From a virus (taxonomy: Duplodnaviria; Caudoviricetes), in IMG/VR virus record IMGVR_UViG_3300022602_000027: a DNA stretch of 64,000 nt. One strand, given 5' to 3'. The notes beneath the pieces were generated by a model. It did not search any database, was not told the origin of the DNA, and worked only from the letters and a program-made list of their open reading frames with translations. This document shows, in pieces, positions 46,024 to 55,403 of the stretch (positions within the stretch are counted from its first letter, which is position 1; each line of letters begins with the position of its first letter). The position numbers were made by a program, and so were the translations under genes.

Positions 46024-47798
46024 TCGGTTATTTCTAAATCGTTAGCATAACTAGTGAATCCGTTTTCTTTAACAACCTTTAATACGTTGTTAACACGGCC
46101 AATTAGTTCATCTTTGTGCGAAATCAAGAATATATTCTTCTTGCGTTCACGTGCCATCTTCTTAAGTACAGCCAGTGCGCCTTCTACACCACTCGCATCT
46201 AAGCCGTTATCGATCAACTCGTCAACAAACAACAAGTTAATCTGCTGATACAGTGACTCCCAAACATCACGGAATGCCCACGACAAGCCCAGGATTAGTC
46301 GATTACGTTCGCCTCGACTTAGATTATCAAAGTCTAAGTCTTGCCCTAACTGTGTGATCAGCACGGATAAATCGTTCTGAAACAGCACAGTATGTGGTAA
46401 ACCCATCTTATCAAGGTAATAGGTAAGCCTATTATTCAAGTAAGCTAGGTTCTGATCTATGATCTTCTTGCGAATAAATGAATCTTTTGACGTCAATAGC
46501 TTGAGTAAGAACTCCTGATGATCCTTTAAACTGCTGAGTGCGTTGACATGATCCCAAGAAACTTCTACCATAGCCGTATGTTTTAGCTCATCTATTTGTT
46601 CTTGATAAGGATCTGACTCTCCTGCTTTAACTGTTAGCTGTGTTTCCAGACTTTTTAAGTTGTTTTGATGCTTGAGAGCCTGCTCGATAGTGTCATAATA
46701 AGTGTTGGGACGTTGTGTAAGCTCACCTAACTGCGCAATCTCACCAGTGATTTTAGCTAAATCTTGTGTGACCTTATCGTGATATTTCCGGGCCTCGTCA
46801 AGGTGGGCTTGTGCGGTAGCAGTCATTTCTTCATGTTTGTGATCATGTAGCTCTTGTTCACAGGCGTGACAGGTCTTATTAGCCAGAAGGCCAAGCTCGC
46901 GATCATACTTCGTGACGCTTCGCTCCGCTTGCGCTATCGCGCTATCTAACGTAGCCCGCTCCTTATTCAGGCTTTTCAGCTTCGCTGCCTTCTCTTCATA
47001 GGCTTTTAGCTCGCCGTGCTTCGCAATCTCAGCATCTATGTCCACGCTTTCTAACTCTACAATAGCACGAGCTATCTTTTCAATCTCTGCTTGTTGCTGA
47101 GTATTCCATGCACTTTGTTTAGTTGTTAAACTATCAATACTCTTTTGTATACCTTCGTTGCTACGTTTAGTAGCTTCAATAGCGGCACTTTCTTGTGTAA
47201 TTTCATCTTTAGTGGACTTAATTAACTCTTTAAGTGCTTCTGCTTTTTCACTTAATACAGTAATACCAAGTAATTGTTCAATAATAGCACGTTGATCGTT
47301 AGCCCGCATACTAAGGAAAGGCTCTGTATAGGTATTAAGTGCCACAATATGTTTAAACATATCATGACTCATACCTAACAAGTCATCTAAATCCTTTTGT
47401 GTTTCACGCATATCGCCCTGTGCGTCATCAGTTTCTTCTGTACTTTGTTCTACATCATTAACATAAAACTGAAGAACATTAGGTTTACGTCCACGTTCTA
47501 TACGATAATCAATACCATCTTTTTCAAATGCTAGTGTAACTAGCATACCTTTGTTGTTAATCTTATTAACAAGGTTATCTTTTTTAATATTGGTTAATGC
47601 TTGTCCGTACAAAGCAAAGGTTAATGCGTTTACAATAGTAGTTTTACCTGTACCATTGCGTGAACCGCTGTCATCTCCGCCTTGATCTAAGTTTTCACCT
47701 AGTACAAGTGTTAGGTTTTGTTGTGCAAAGTTTACAGCCTGGGTTTGATTACCCACGCTCATAAAATTTCTAACGGTTAATTCCTTAATATTAATCAT
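46020..47798 (-). CDS. gp46: Rad50/SbcC-like recombination ATPase, gp46-like (592 aa)
   Basis: Walker A NGTGKTT, CHAC zinc hook, signature LSRGE, Walker B LLFVDE, ISH. Confidence 0.95.
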   Translation of the reverse strand: MINIKELTVRNFMSVGNQTQAVNFAQQNLTLVLGENLDQGGDDSGSRNGTGKTTIVNALTFALYGQALTNIKKDNLVNKINNKGMLVTLAFEKDGIDYRIERGRKPNVLQFYVNDVEQSTEETDDAQGDMRETQKDLDDLLGMSHDMFKHIVALNTYTEPFLSMRANDQRAIIEQLLGITVLSEKAEALKELIKSTKDEITQESAAIEATKRSNEGIQKSIDSLTTKQSAWNTQQQAEIEKIARAIVELESVDIDAEIAKHGELKAYEEKAAKLKSLNKERATLDSAIAQAERSVTKYDRELGLLANKTCHACEQELHDHKHEEMTATAQAHLDEARKYHDKVTQDLAKITGEIAQLGELTQRPNTYYDTIEQALKHQNNLKSLETQLTVKAGESDPYQEQIDELKHTAMVEVSWDHVNALSSLKDHQEFLLKLLTSKDSFIRKKIIDQNLAYLNNRLTYYLDKMGLPHTVLFQNDLSVLITQLGQDLDFDNLSRGERNRLILGLSWAFRDVWESLYQQINLLFVDELIDNGLDASGVEGALAVLKKMARERKKNIFLISHKDELIGRVNNVLKVVKENGFTSYANDLEITE

Positions 47799-48808
47799 AG
47801 GCTACTATAAATCGCCAATAGTGTATTTTTGTCGTAGGTATCTGAATCAATACTTACAATTTGATTGCTTACAATTTGATCAATACTTTCAAATGCTTGT
47901 ATATCAATGTTGGTATTAATCTCAATCTCTTTCTTTTCTGCAATTAAAGTGAGCTCACGGATATCATAATCAGCAATAAACTTTTCTTTAATAAAACTAG
48001 CTTCTTCAAAACTGATATCAATGTCTAAACTAACACGTAAATGTTGTTTAGGTTTAATAATTGTATCAGCTTCATCGATAAGTTGGCTTAGTTTAACTGT
48101 ACGGAATGTAGGTTGAGCAGGCCAACTGTGAAATTCAGGTTGTCCTCCCCATTCTAATATCATCATTCCTCTGTCATCATCCCAAGCATCTGAATAGTTG
48201 TGCGGAAATGCATTACCAATGTAACACATATTTTCGTTCATCTGGCGCTTATGGAAGTGCCCACTGAACCCCATTTCAAATCCTTTAAATGCATCTACTT
48301 GCAATTCACCATGATCTGGCATTTGCACCATAGCGTTCATAAAGAATTTAGGCAATTCAAAATGCCCAAAGCAATATTTGCCACCCTTTTTGCTTATTGT
48401 TTTCCACTCTTCACCGACAAGCCAGGGACACATTGTGACATCTCCAATAGTAGTAGGCTCGTGTACGACAGTAATGCCAGGAATGTATTTTCCAAATTCC
48501 ACAGAGTGTATGTCCCGTTTATCTTTGTAATACAAATCATGATTACCAGGAAAGAAATAGAAGTTATCAAACGCTTGCCCCAACTTCTCCAAGGCCCTGA
48601 GGCTATAATCCATTGTAGTAATGTTAAGGCTATTACGATTATGATGCCAATCACCCATAAAGATACCTGTATCACAACCTTCCTCCTTTGCTTTAGCAAT
48701 ATACCAATCTACAAAGTCTTCGCAGTCCTGGTTGTGAACAGAGCTATTAGACTTCAATCCAAAATGAATGTCTGTAAATGCGGCGATTTTTTTAAACAAA
48801 TTACTCAC
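47795..48808 (-). CDS. gp47: Mre11/SbcD-like nuclease, gp47-like (337 aa from GTG at 48808)
   Basis: TDIHFG, GDWHH, PGNHD and SGHFH phosphoesterase motifs; GAGGA RBS before the GTG. Confidence 0.95.
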   Translation of the reverse strand: MSNLFKKIAAFTDIHFGLKSNSSVHNQDCEDFVDWYIAKAKEEGCDTGIFMGDWHHNRNSLNITTMDYSLRALEKLGQAFDNFYFFPGNHDLYYKDKRDIHSVEFGKYIPGITVVHEPTTIGDVTMCPWLVGEEWKTISKKGGKYCFGHFELPKFFMNAMVQMPDHGELQVDAFKGFEMGFSGHFHKRQMNENMCYIGNAFPHNYSDAWDDDRGMMILEWGGQPEFHSWPAQPTFRTVKLSQLIDEADTIIKPKQHLRVSLDIDISFEEASFIKEKFIADYDIRELTLIAEKKEIEINTNIDIQAFESIDQIVSNQIVSIDSDTYDKNTLLAIYSSL

Positions 48809-49646
48809 TAGATGTGTCCTCTGCATGTCGTTTTAACGCCGCGGCATGCTCACCGGCACCAGTACGGCTATAACTTGGATTCATTCCGTTCATTTCTAAT
48901 ATGTCGTCACGGATGTTTTGATTACGCTTTTCTATATTAATAACACGAACAAAGCTATTAGTAACAGCCGCAGTAAAATACGCAAAAGGATTGTCTGATT
49001 TTGATTCATCAAATTGTAGTCCTATCTGTGTTAATTGCAAAATGGCTTGCCCTTTCATCTCGTCATTGTAAGTATAGCCGCGAACGTTACCGCGAGTAGC
49101 ATACCTTTCACATAACTTTAACATCATTCTAGCTAAGTTGTTAGTAATTTGGCCAGCATCTTTATCAAACTTGCCTTTAGCTAGGGTACCTTTCCAATGA
49201 CTTTTACCAACACATTCTAATTCATCATTTTCATTAAACTTCCAATGTTGGAATGGCGGAAAGTTAACTTTATCTCTATGATCCGCTAGACTTTTTGGAT
49301 TCTTTTTACGAGTATTGTTTAATGGAATATGATCAAATGTCATAACTCTAAAAATTAAATCTTGTTTTGGAATCTTTTTATAATCTACTTCGCAATCGGC
49401 TTGTTTAATTTTTTCTCCAGCCTTTTTACGAGTTTGATAATCAGCATCTCCTAACCGTTTAGCTTTATTTCGTTTAGCTTCAGCTATTGTTCTAATATTA
49501 ATCTTATCTAAACTTGGTACAATTAAATCATATTGATGATATTCTGGTTTAGCAAAAACACAATAACTACTTTTTGACTTGTGTATTTCCGCTAGCATAT
49601 CCTTATTGTTTAAGTAATTTACTTTTGGGGTTGATGGTATTGTCAT
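48801..49646 (-). CDS. gp55: Late-transcription sigma factor, gp55-like (281 aa)
   Basis: YLNNKDML.EI, YTYNDEM..QAI and FDESKS.NPFAYFT motifs; adjacent to gp47/gp46 as in T4. Confidence 0.85.
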   Translation of the reverse strand: MTIPSTPKVNYLNNKDMLAEIHKSKSSYCVFAKPEYHQYDLIVPSLDKINIRTIAEAKRNKAKRLGDADYQTRKKAGEKIKQADCEVDYKKIPKQDLIFRVMTFDHIPLNNTRKKNPKSLADHRDKVNFPPFQHWKFNENDELECVGKSHWKGTLAKGKFDKDAGQITNNLARMMLKLCERYATRGNVRGYTYNDEMKGQAILQLTQIGLQFDESKSDNPFAYFTAAVTNSFVRVINIEKRNQNIRDDILEMNGMNPSYSRTGAGEHAAALKRHAEDTSSE

Positions 49647-49668
49647 TAATTCATTCTCCGGATTGTTA

Positions 49669-49697
49669 ATTATAAACTACGCACTTTATAAAGTCAA
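49669..49697 (-). promoter_or_regulatory. Near-consensus sigma70 promoter TTGACT-N17-TATAAT for the gp55-gp47-gp46 operon
   Basis: -35 at 49697-49692, -10 at 49674-49669, 17-nt spacer. Confidence 0.85.
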
Positions 49698-49698
49698 C

Positions 49699-49704
49699 TA
49701 AATA
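49699..49704 (+). promoter_or_regulatory. Late promoter motif TAAATA for the baseplate operon
   Basis: 23 nt upstream of the ATG at 49728, back-to-back with the sigma70 -35 box. Confidence 0.6.
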
Positions 49705-49727
49705 TTGTACCAAAAGAGGATTTTATT

Positions 49728-50720
49728 ATGGCAGTTAACGGATCAACAATTACACGAGTATCAGCAGGATCAGGTGTTATATCCTCAACAACTAGTTCAA
49801 TTAACGTTGCTAGAAATATAGCTGGTGCTGTAGCGGCCGTAAGTGAAGTTGGAAGCGCACTACGTTCGAGCAGTTTACCAGCCGCGGGAGAAGCAATTGG
49901 CGATTTAAGTAGCGCACTTGCCGCATTTGGTGGAGGCGATGCTCCCGATAGCGATTGGCGTGTCAGATTAAGTCTCCCATTATGGCCCAGCTTTAGAAAT
50001 AGTCCAGTGCTTACACCATTAAAAGATGCAGGCGGATTAATATTTCCGTATACTCCTACAATTACTATTGCTAGTGCCGCATCGTATAACAAAGTTGAAA
50101 CGGTACACACTAACTTTCAATTTCAAGCATTTAAAAATAGTGATCCTGGAGCAATTACAATTACAGCACCTATGAATGTGTCTGATCCTACTGAAGGATT
50201 ATATTGGATTGCTGCCGTTCATTATTTACGTAGTTTAACTAAAATGTTTACTGGTCTTGATCCAAAGGCAGGAAACCCTCCACCAGTAGTAAAACTAAAC
50301 GGATACGGACAATTTGTTTTTAAAAATGTACCAGTTGTTGTAACAGCATTTAATACAACATTGCCTAATGACTGTGACTACATTGGTGTGCCAGTTGTAG
50401 GCAGTATGGCAGGAGCAATTGAAGGAATTGCGGATTCAATTGGTGGATTATCAGACAGCTTAGGAGATACATTTCCAGGAATACCAAGCGGACTTACTGA
50501 TGGCATAAGCAGTATTGCAGGCGGAGTTGGTGCTATTGCAGGATTAGCAGGTAGTTTAGGATTAGGTGGAAAGACTAGTGGCGGTATTAGCCATGTGCCA
50601 ACTAAGAGTTCGTTTACTATAACACTACAACCAATTTACAGCAGAGCTAGTGCTCGTACATTTAGCCTTGACAGATTTGTCGGCGGCGGGTATTTAAACA
50701 GCCCATTTGGATATATTTAA
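49728..50720 (+). CDS. Tail-tube initiator/baseplate protein, gp48/gp54-like (330 aa)
   Basis: DWRVRL, GLIFPYTP.I, GNPPPVVKLNGYG..VFKNVPVVV tube-fold motifs; first gene of the baseplate operon. Confidence 0.65.
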   Translation: MAVNGSTITRVSAGSGVISSTTSSINVARNIAGAVAAVSEVGSALRSSSLPAAGEAIGDLSSALAAFGGGDAPDSDWRVRLSLPLWPSFRNSPVLTPLKDAGGLIFPYTPTITIASAASYNKVETVHTNFQFQAFKNSDPGAITITAPMNVSDPTEGLYWIAAVHYLRSLTKMFTGLDPKAGNPPPVVKLNGYGQFVFKNVPVVVTAFNTTLPNDCDYIGVPVVGSMAGAIEGIADSIGGLSDSLGDTFPGIPSGLTDGISSIAGGVGAIAGLAGSLGLGGKTSGGISHVPTKSSFTITLQPIYSRASARTFSLDRFVGGGYLNSPFGYI

Positions 50721-50721
50721 T

Positions 50722-51021
50722 ATGGCAACTTATACAAATACAAGTCCTTGGTATACTACTGAGGTAGTAAACAATCATTTAGATGTACTGTCTATTAGAT
50801 CAGTTAGTGCTGAAGCTGATGATTATCTATATACTATTGAACCTCAATACACATACCGACCAGATTTATTAGCATATGATTTATATGGTGATTCTAATTT
50901 GTGGTGGGTCTTTATACAACGAAATCTTGATGTTTTACAAGATCCTATTTTAGATTTTGTACCGGGCACACAAATTTATATTTGTAAAAACAGCAGTTTA
51001 AAAACTGCCTTAGGTTTATAA
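50722..51021 (+). CDS. gp53: Baseplate wedge LysM-like protein, gp53-like (99 aa)
   Basis: YRPDLLAYDLYGDSNLWWVF..RN motif. Confidence 0.8.
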   Translation: MATYTNTSPWYTTEVVNNHLDVLSIRSVSAEADDYLYTIEPQYTYRPDLLAYDLYGDSNLWWVFIQRNLDVLQDPILDFVPGTQIYICKNSSLKTALGL

Positions 51022-51022
51022 C

Positions 51023-53218
51023 ATGAGTGGAGTTAATGTAGGTACAGTCGTAGGCGCAACAGTTGCAATTGGTGCAGGTGCTGCCGCGGCTAAATCTTTA
51101 GCATCATCAGGACCGGCAACTGGATTGTCTGCGGCGTCTGGAGGAGGCTCGTCTGGATTTTTTAGTAACTTCTTTTCTGGGTTAACCAAACCTAAATTAC
51201 CACTACCTAATCCCTTACTTAAATATGCAAGTTATACATATCAAATAGGTTTAGGTGTACTGACTGATGCACAACTAAAGGATCCTTCAAAATATATGAA
51301 GGGGCAAGCAATACCTTTAATATTAAAAGATGCAAGTGCTAGTCCGCAAAATCGAGTTAAGACACCTTACGGATCTTTTGAATTCTATATTGACAAACTT
51401 GAATTAGCCACCTTGCCAGTATTACAAACAAATTCAATATCAAATGTTTGTAATCTTTCATTTACTGTGATAGAACCTTATAGTATGGGAATGTTTCCTA
51501 TAGCGTTACAAACTGCGGCTCAAAAAGCAGGACATGACAATTGGGTTCAAGCACCGTTTCTGCTAACATTAGATTTTAGAGGTAACACCGAAACAGGACA
51601 AATAGCAAGTATTCCAAATACAAGTCGTAAGATTCCTATTAAGATAACTGAAATTAGTATATCAGTTAACGAAAATGGCGCTACGTATAGTTGTTCAGGT
51701 ATTCCGTGGAATGCACAAGCACACTCTCTTGCTGACGCAGGATTAAAAGGCGATATATCTGTTTCAGGAAAAACTGTACAGCAAATTTTGCAAACTGGTG
51801 AAAAAAGTTTGCAAGCAGTTCTTAATGCAAAATTAAAACAATTAAAAACAGAAGGCATTGTAGAAGTGCCTGACGAAATAGTAATAGTATTTCCTACCGA
51901 GTATTGGTCTGATACAGGATCAAAAGGAGGCGACAAAGTTGAAACACCAGCGCCAGCAACGACCGCAGTTGATGCAGACTCAATTGCTAAACAATTAGGT
52001 GTAACACGAAGCAGTAAAAATAGTACATTGATACAATCTGATGCAACTTGTAATGCGTTAGGAAAATCAATATTAGGATTTACTGATACTCGTAAAGGTG
52101 ATCAACGTGTTGGAAAAGACAACAAGGTTTACGATAAAAATAAAGATACCAATGTTCGAGCAAATAATTTTATTGATCCCACTACTGGCGAAATGAAATT
52201 TACTCAGAATATGGATATTATGAACGTTATTAATCAAGTACTGTTGAATAGTGATTATGCAAAACAAGCATTGTCAACAGGACAAGTAGATGATAAAGGA
52301 CAACGCCAATGGTGGCATATTGACTGTCAAGTTTATAATATTACTAGTACTGCAAATTATCCATATACAGGAACAAAACCAAGACTATTAGTATATAGAG
52401 TTATCCCTTATCTTACTCATAGTTCAAACATTGCAAGTCCTAATACCGGACCAGTTGGCATAGACAATCTAAAGAAAGAAATAGTTAAATCTTACAACTA
52501 TATCTATACAGGAAAAAATATTGATATTATAAAATTTAATATTGAATTTGGTTTAGGTATAGTCGGTGTGATGGGCAGTTCAAAACTTAAACAAACACAA
52601 GACAATGTTAAAGCAGTAGATAGCAGTGGAGCAAAAGATAAGAAACAAGAAGACATTAATCCAAACAGTCCTGGAAATGCTCCATCAAAAAATCCAGGAA
52701 CGCTGTCAACCGCAATGCGATTTGTTAACTGGATAACAGGTACAGATAAACAAGGCGGTGGTGGTAATGAAACAGAAACCACACGAGCGGCTAGATTGTG
52801 GCATGATGCTATAACTAGTAAAGCAGAAATGATAGAATTAAATTTAGAAATTCTTGGAGATCCATATTATATTTTTCAAAGTGGCGCAGGAACATACTCT
52901 GCAAAACCAGTGTCTCAAAATTTAAATTCTGATGGATCAATGTGCCATCAAACAGGCGAAGTGCATATTAGTGTAGGATTTTCTACACCAATAGATTTAA
53001 ATCTTTCAACAGGATTGTTTGATTTTGGCAAATCAAAAACTGCACCAGTGTCACAATGGCAAGGAGTTTATAAAGTTACAGGTGTTACTAGTAAATTCCA
53101 AGGTGGTACATTTGTACAAAATATAGATGGTGTTAGAATTCCTGGGCAAGAATTACCTGAGAGCTATACATCAACACCAGATAAAACATTTAATAATTCA
53201 ACTCCGGCAAAAAAATAA
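51023..53218 (+). CDS. Baseplate hub protein, gp27-like (731 aa)
   Basis: FTV.EPYSMG, Y.YIYTGKN.DI, LEILGDPYY and G.YKV..V.S.F.GG.F.Q motifs; position just before the spike gene. Confidence 0.65.
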   Translation: MSGVNVGTVVGATVAIGAGAAAAKSLASSGPATGLSAASGGGSSGFFSNFFSGLTKPKLPLPNPLLKYASYTYQIGLGVLTDAQLKDPSKYMKGQAIPLILKDASASPQNRVKTPYGSFEFYIDKLELATLPVLQTNSISNVCNLSFTVIEPYSMGMFPIALQTAAQKAGHDNWVQAPFLLTLDFRGNTETGQIASIPNTSRKIPIKITEISISVNENGATYSCSGIPWNAQAHSLADAGLKGDISVSGKTVQQILQTGEKSLQAVLNAKLKQLKTEGIVEVPDEIVIVFPTEYWSDTGSKGGDKVETPAPATTAVDADSIAKQLGVTRSSKNSTLIQSDATCNALGKSILGFTDTRKGDQRVGKDNKVYDKNKDTNVRANNFIDPTTGEMKFTQNMDIMNVINQVLLNSDYAKQALSTGQVDDKGQRQWWHIDCQVYNITSTANYPYTGTKPRLLVYRVIPYLTHSSNIASPNTGPVGIDNLKKEIVKSYNYIYTGKNIDIIKFNIEFGLGIVGVMGSSKLKQTQDNVKAVDSSGAKDKKQEDINPNSPGNAPSKNPGTLSTAMRFVNWITGTDKQGGGGNETETTRAARLWHDAITSKAEMIELNLEILGDPYYIFQSGAGTYSAKPVSQNLNSDGSMCHQTGEVHISVGFSTPIDLNLSTGLFDFGKSKTAPVSQWQGVYKVTGVTSKFQGGTFVQNIDGVRIPGQELPESYTSTPDKTFNNSTPAKK

Positions 53219-53221
53219 ATT

Positions 53222-54907
53222 ATGGCAAGCGCACAAGACTATTATTCACCTAAAGACCTTCCAGCACAATCACCTGGACCGTTTCTCGCTACGGTAATAA
53301 GTCACCAAGACCCTACCTACATGGGTGTTATTGAAGTTGAAATTTTAAGACCATCTGGTACAACACAATCTGGATCTGAAGGACAACTACATCAAGTTAA
53401 GTATATGAGTCCTTTTTACGGTGTAACAAAAATTAGCGATACAGCAACTGATCCTAACGCAAACAATTTTACTAACAGCCAACAAAGTTACGGCATGTGG
53501 ATGGTTCCTCCAGATGTAGGAACAACTGTAGTAATATTTTTTATTGACGGTGATCCAAAACGTGGCTATTGGATGGGATGTGTATTAGATGATGCTATGA
53601 ACTTTATGTTACCAGGAGTTGCCGCAACACAAAGCACAGTAGAAACTGTACCTGGCGATAGTAACACTCCAGAAGCACATCAAGGTCGTTCTCCAACTGG
53701 AGAATATAATAAATTAATACCAGAAAATAATAATCCTAAAGATCCAGAGTTATTAAAAAAACCACAGCATCCTTTTTATAAAATTTTAGCAAGTCAAGGA
53801 TTGTCAATTGATGACATCAGAGGACTTACTACAAGTAGTGCTCGAAGAGAAACTCCTAGTATGGTTTTTGGTATCAGCACTCCAGGTCCGTTAGATAAAA
53901 CAGCTGGTGCTAGACGAGGAACTCAAGGAAAATTAGAATGGCAAATTAATAATGCTCCGCTTAGTCGTTTAGGTGGAAGCACATTTGTTATGGATGACGG
54001 TGATGATAAATTTATAAGAATGACCAAAGCTAACGCAGGTCCACCAGTCTATGAAGCCATCGAAGCATTGCCAGATAAACAAGCACCTTCTGGCGATCAA
54101 ACAATACCGCATAATGAACTTGTACGTATTAGAACACGTACCGGCCATCAAATTCTTTTACATAATTCAGAAGATTTAATTTACATTGGCAATGCTAAAG
54201 GAACAACTTGGATTGAGTTGACTAGTAGTGGTAAAATTGACATTTTTGCCGCAGACAGTATAAGTGTGCATACTAAACAAGATATGAATTTTTATGCTGA
54301 CCGTGATATAAACATGGAAGCAGGTCGTAATATAAACATTAAAGCTACAGGAAATACTTCTCCTGGTAAAGTTCATATTGAAAGTAAAAAAGACACTGAA
54401 ATTGTTACTGGAGGTAATTTACAAGTCAGCTCTACTGGAAAAATTAATTTGTCATCTAAATTAGCAACAAATCTTAATAGCGGAACAAATCTTAATTTTC
54501 TTTCACAAGCAGATACTAATCTCAAAGCACTTGGAAAATTTACACAAAACGCATCTGGATATTATCAATTACCTGGATCAGGCGGTACAGCAGTTGTTTC
54601 AGAGTATGCTTCGTTATCTACAGCAACAGTATTGAGTACATTTGATAATGTCTATAACGCTAACGGCGATAAAATTAAAAGTATTATGAAACGTATTCCA
54701 AACGTTGAACCTTGGCCTCAACATGAAAATTTAGATCCGTTGTTTATGACTAATAGTGCAACAGATAGAGAAAATTCAGAACCTATAAAATTTACAGCAA
54801 ATTCAAACAATCAGTTAGTGCCAAAATATTTTAATGTTTATACCACTGCAACTGATACGTTTACAAAATACAAAGGTACGACTAGTAGTAATCAATCTGG
54901 AGCATAA
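53222..54907 (+). CDS. gp5: Baseplate central spike, gp5/VgrG-like (561 aa)
   Basis: OB-fold SYGMW.VPPDVG..V.I.F..GD...GYW.G, then beta-helix repeats (GHQILLHNSE...). Confidence 0.85.
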   Translation: MASAQDYYSPKDLPAQSPGPFLATVISHQDPTYMGVIEVEILRPSGTTQSGSEGQLHQVKYMSPFYGVTKISDTATDPNANNFTNSQQSYGMWMVPPDVGTTVVIFFIDGDPKRGYWMGCVLDDAMNFMLPGVAATQSTVETVPGDSNTPEAHQGRSPTGEYNKLIPENNNPKDPELLKKPQHPFYKILASQGLSIDDIRGLTTSSARRETPSMVFGISTPGPLDKTAGARRGTQGKLEWQINNAPLSRLGGSTFVMDDGDDKFIRMTKANAGPPVYEAIEALPDKQAPSGDQTIPHNELVRIRTRTGHQILLHNSEDLIYIGNAKGTTWIELTSSGKIDIFAADSISVHTKQDMNFYADRDINMEAGRNINIKATGNTSPGKVHIESKKDTEIVTGGNLQVSSTGKINLSSKLATNLNSGTNLNFLSQADTNLKALGKFTQNASGYYQLPGSGGTAVVSEYASLSTATVLSTFDNVYNANGDKIKSIMKRIPNVEPWPQHENLDPLFMTNSATDRENSEPIKFTANSNNQLVPKYFNVYTTATDTFTKYKGTTSSNQSGA

Positions 54908-54909
54908 TT

Positions 54910-55356
54910 ATGGTTAATAGCATATACACTAAGAAAGTAATAACAACAAAAGCAAATACAAATTCAGTTTCTAGCCCTCGTATGTACCGAGGATTTAGTA
55001 CAGTGAATACTACTACTCAAAATTTTGCTTTGTATGATTTTGAATTAATTAAACAAGATTTAATTAATCAGTTTCATGTGCGTCAGGGTGAAAGATTAAT
55101 GAATCCTACCTATGGATGCGTTATCTGGGAATTGTTGTTTGAACCGCTAACAGAGGATGTTAGAGAATTAATTTTACAAAATGTTAATCAAATAGTTAAC
55201 AGCGATCCGCGTATACAAGCCAGTAATGTATTTGTTACAACTTATGATAACGGCATACAAATTGAAGCTACTTTAACGTATGTCTTGTATAATTTGCAAG
55301 AACAATTACAAATTCAATTTGATCAAACTAACGGTTTAACCGCACAAACGATATAA
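54910..55356 (+). CDS. gp25: Baseplate wedge/sheath initiator, gp25-like (148 aa)
   Basis: ELIKQDL.N....RQGER.MNP.YG..IW..LFEP motif. Confidence 0.9.
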   Translation: MVNSIYTKKVITTKANTNSVSSPRMYRGFSTVNTTTQNFALYDFELIKQDLINQFHVRQGERLMNPTYGCVIWELLFEPLTEDVRELILQNVNQIVNSDPRIQASNVFVTTYDNGIQIEATLTYVLYNLQEQLQIQFDQTNGLTAQTI

Positions 55357-55379
55357 TATACGCACATAATTTAAACTAA

Positions 55380-55385
55380 TAAATA
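55380..55385 (+). promoter_or_regulatory. Late promoter motif (AATAAATA)
   Basis: 18 nt upstream of the ATG at 55404. Confidence 0.6.
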
Positions 55386-55403
55386 CACTTATTAGGACAA
55401 ATC

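Noticed and set aside
48200-48811. 203-aa plus-strand ORF
   Set aside because: Entirely antisense to the conserved gp47 nuclease, with no recognisable motif
30582-50721. Upstream-extended starts in the ORF track (30641, 34618, 39003, 43751, 45759, 48826, 50707)
   Set aside because: They overlap neighbouring genes, terminators or promoters; downstream ATG/GTG codons have better RBS, stop-start overlaps or TAAATA context
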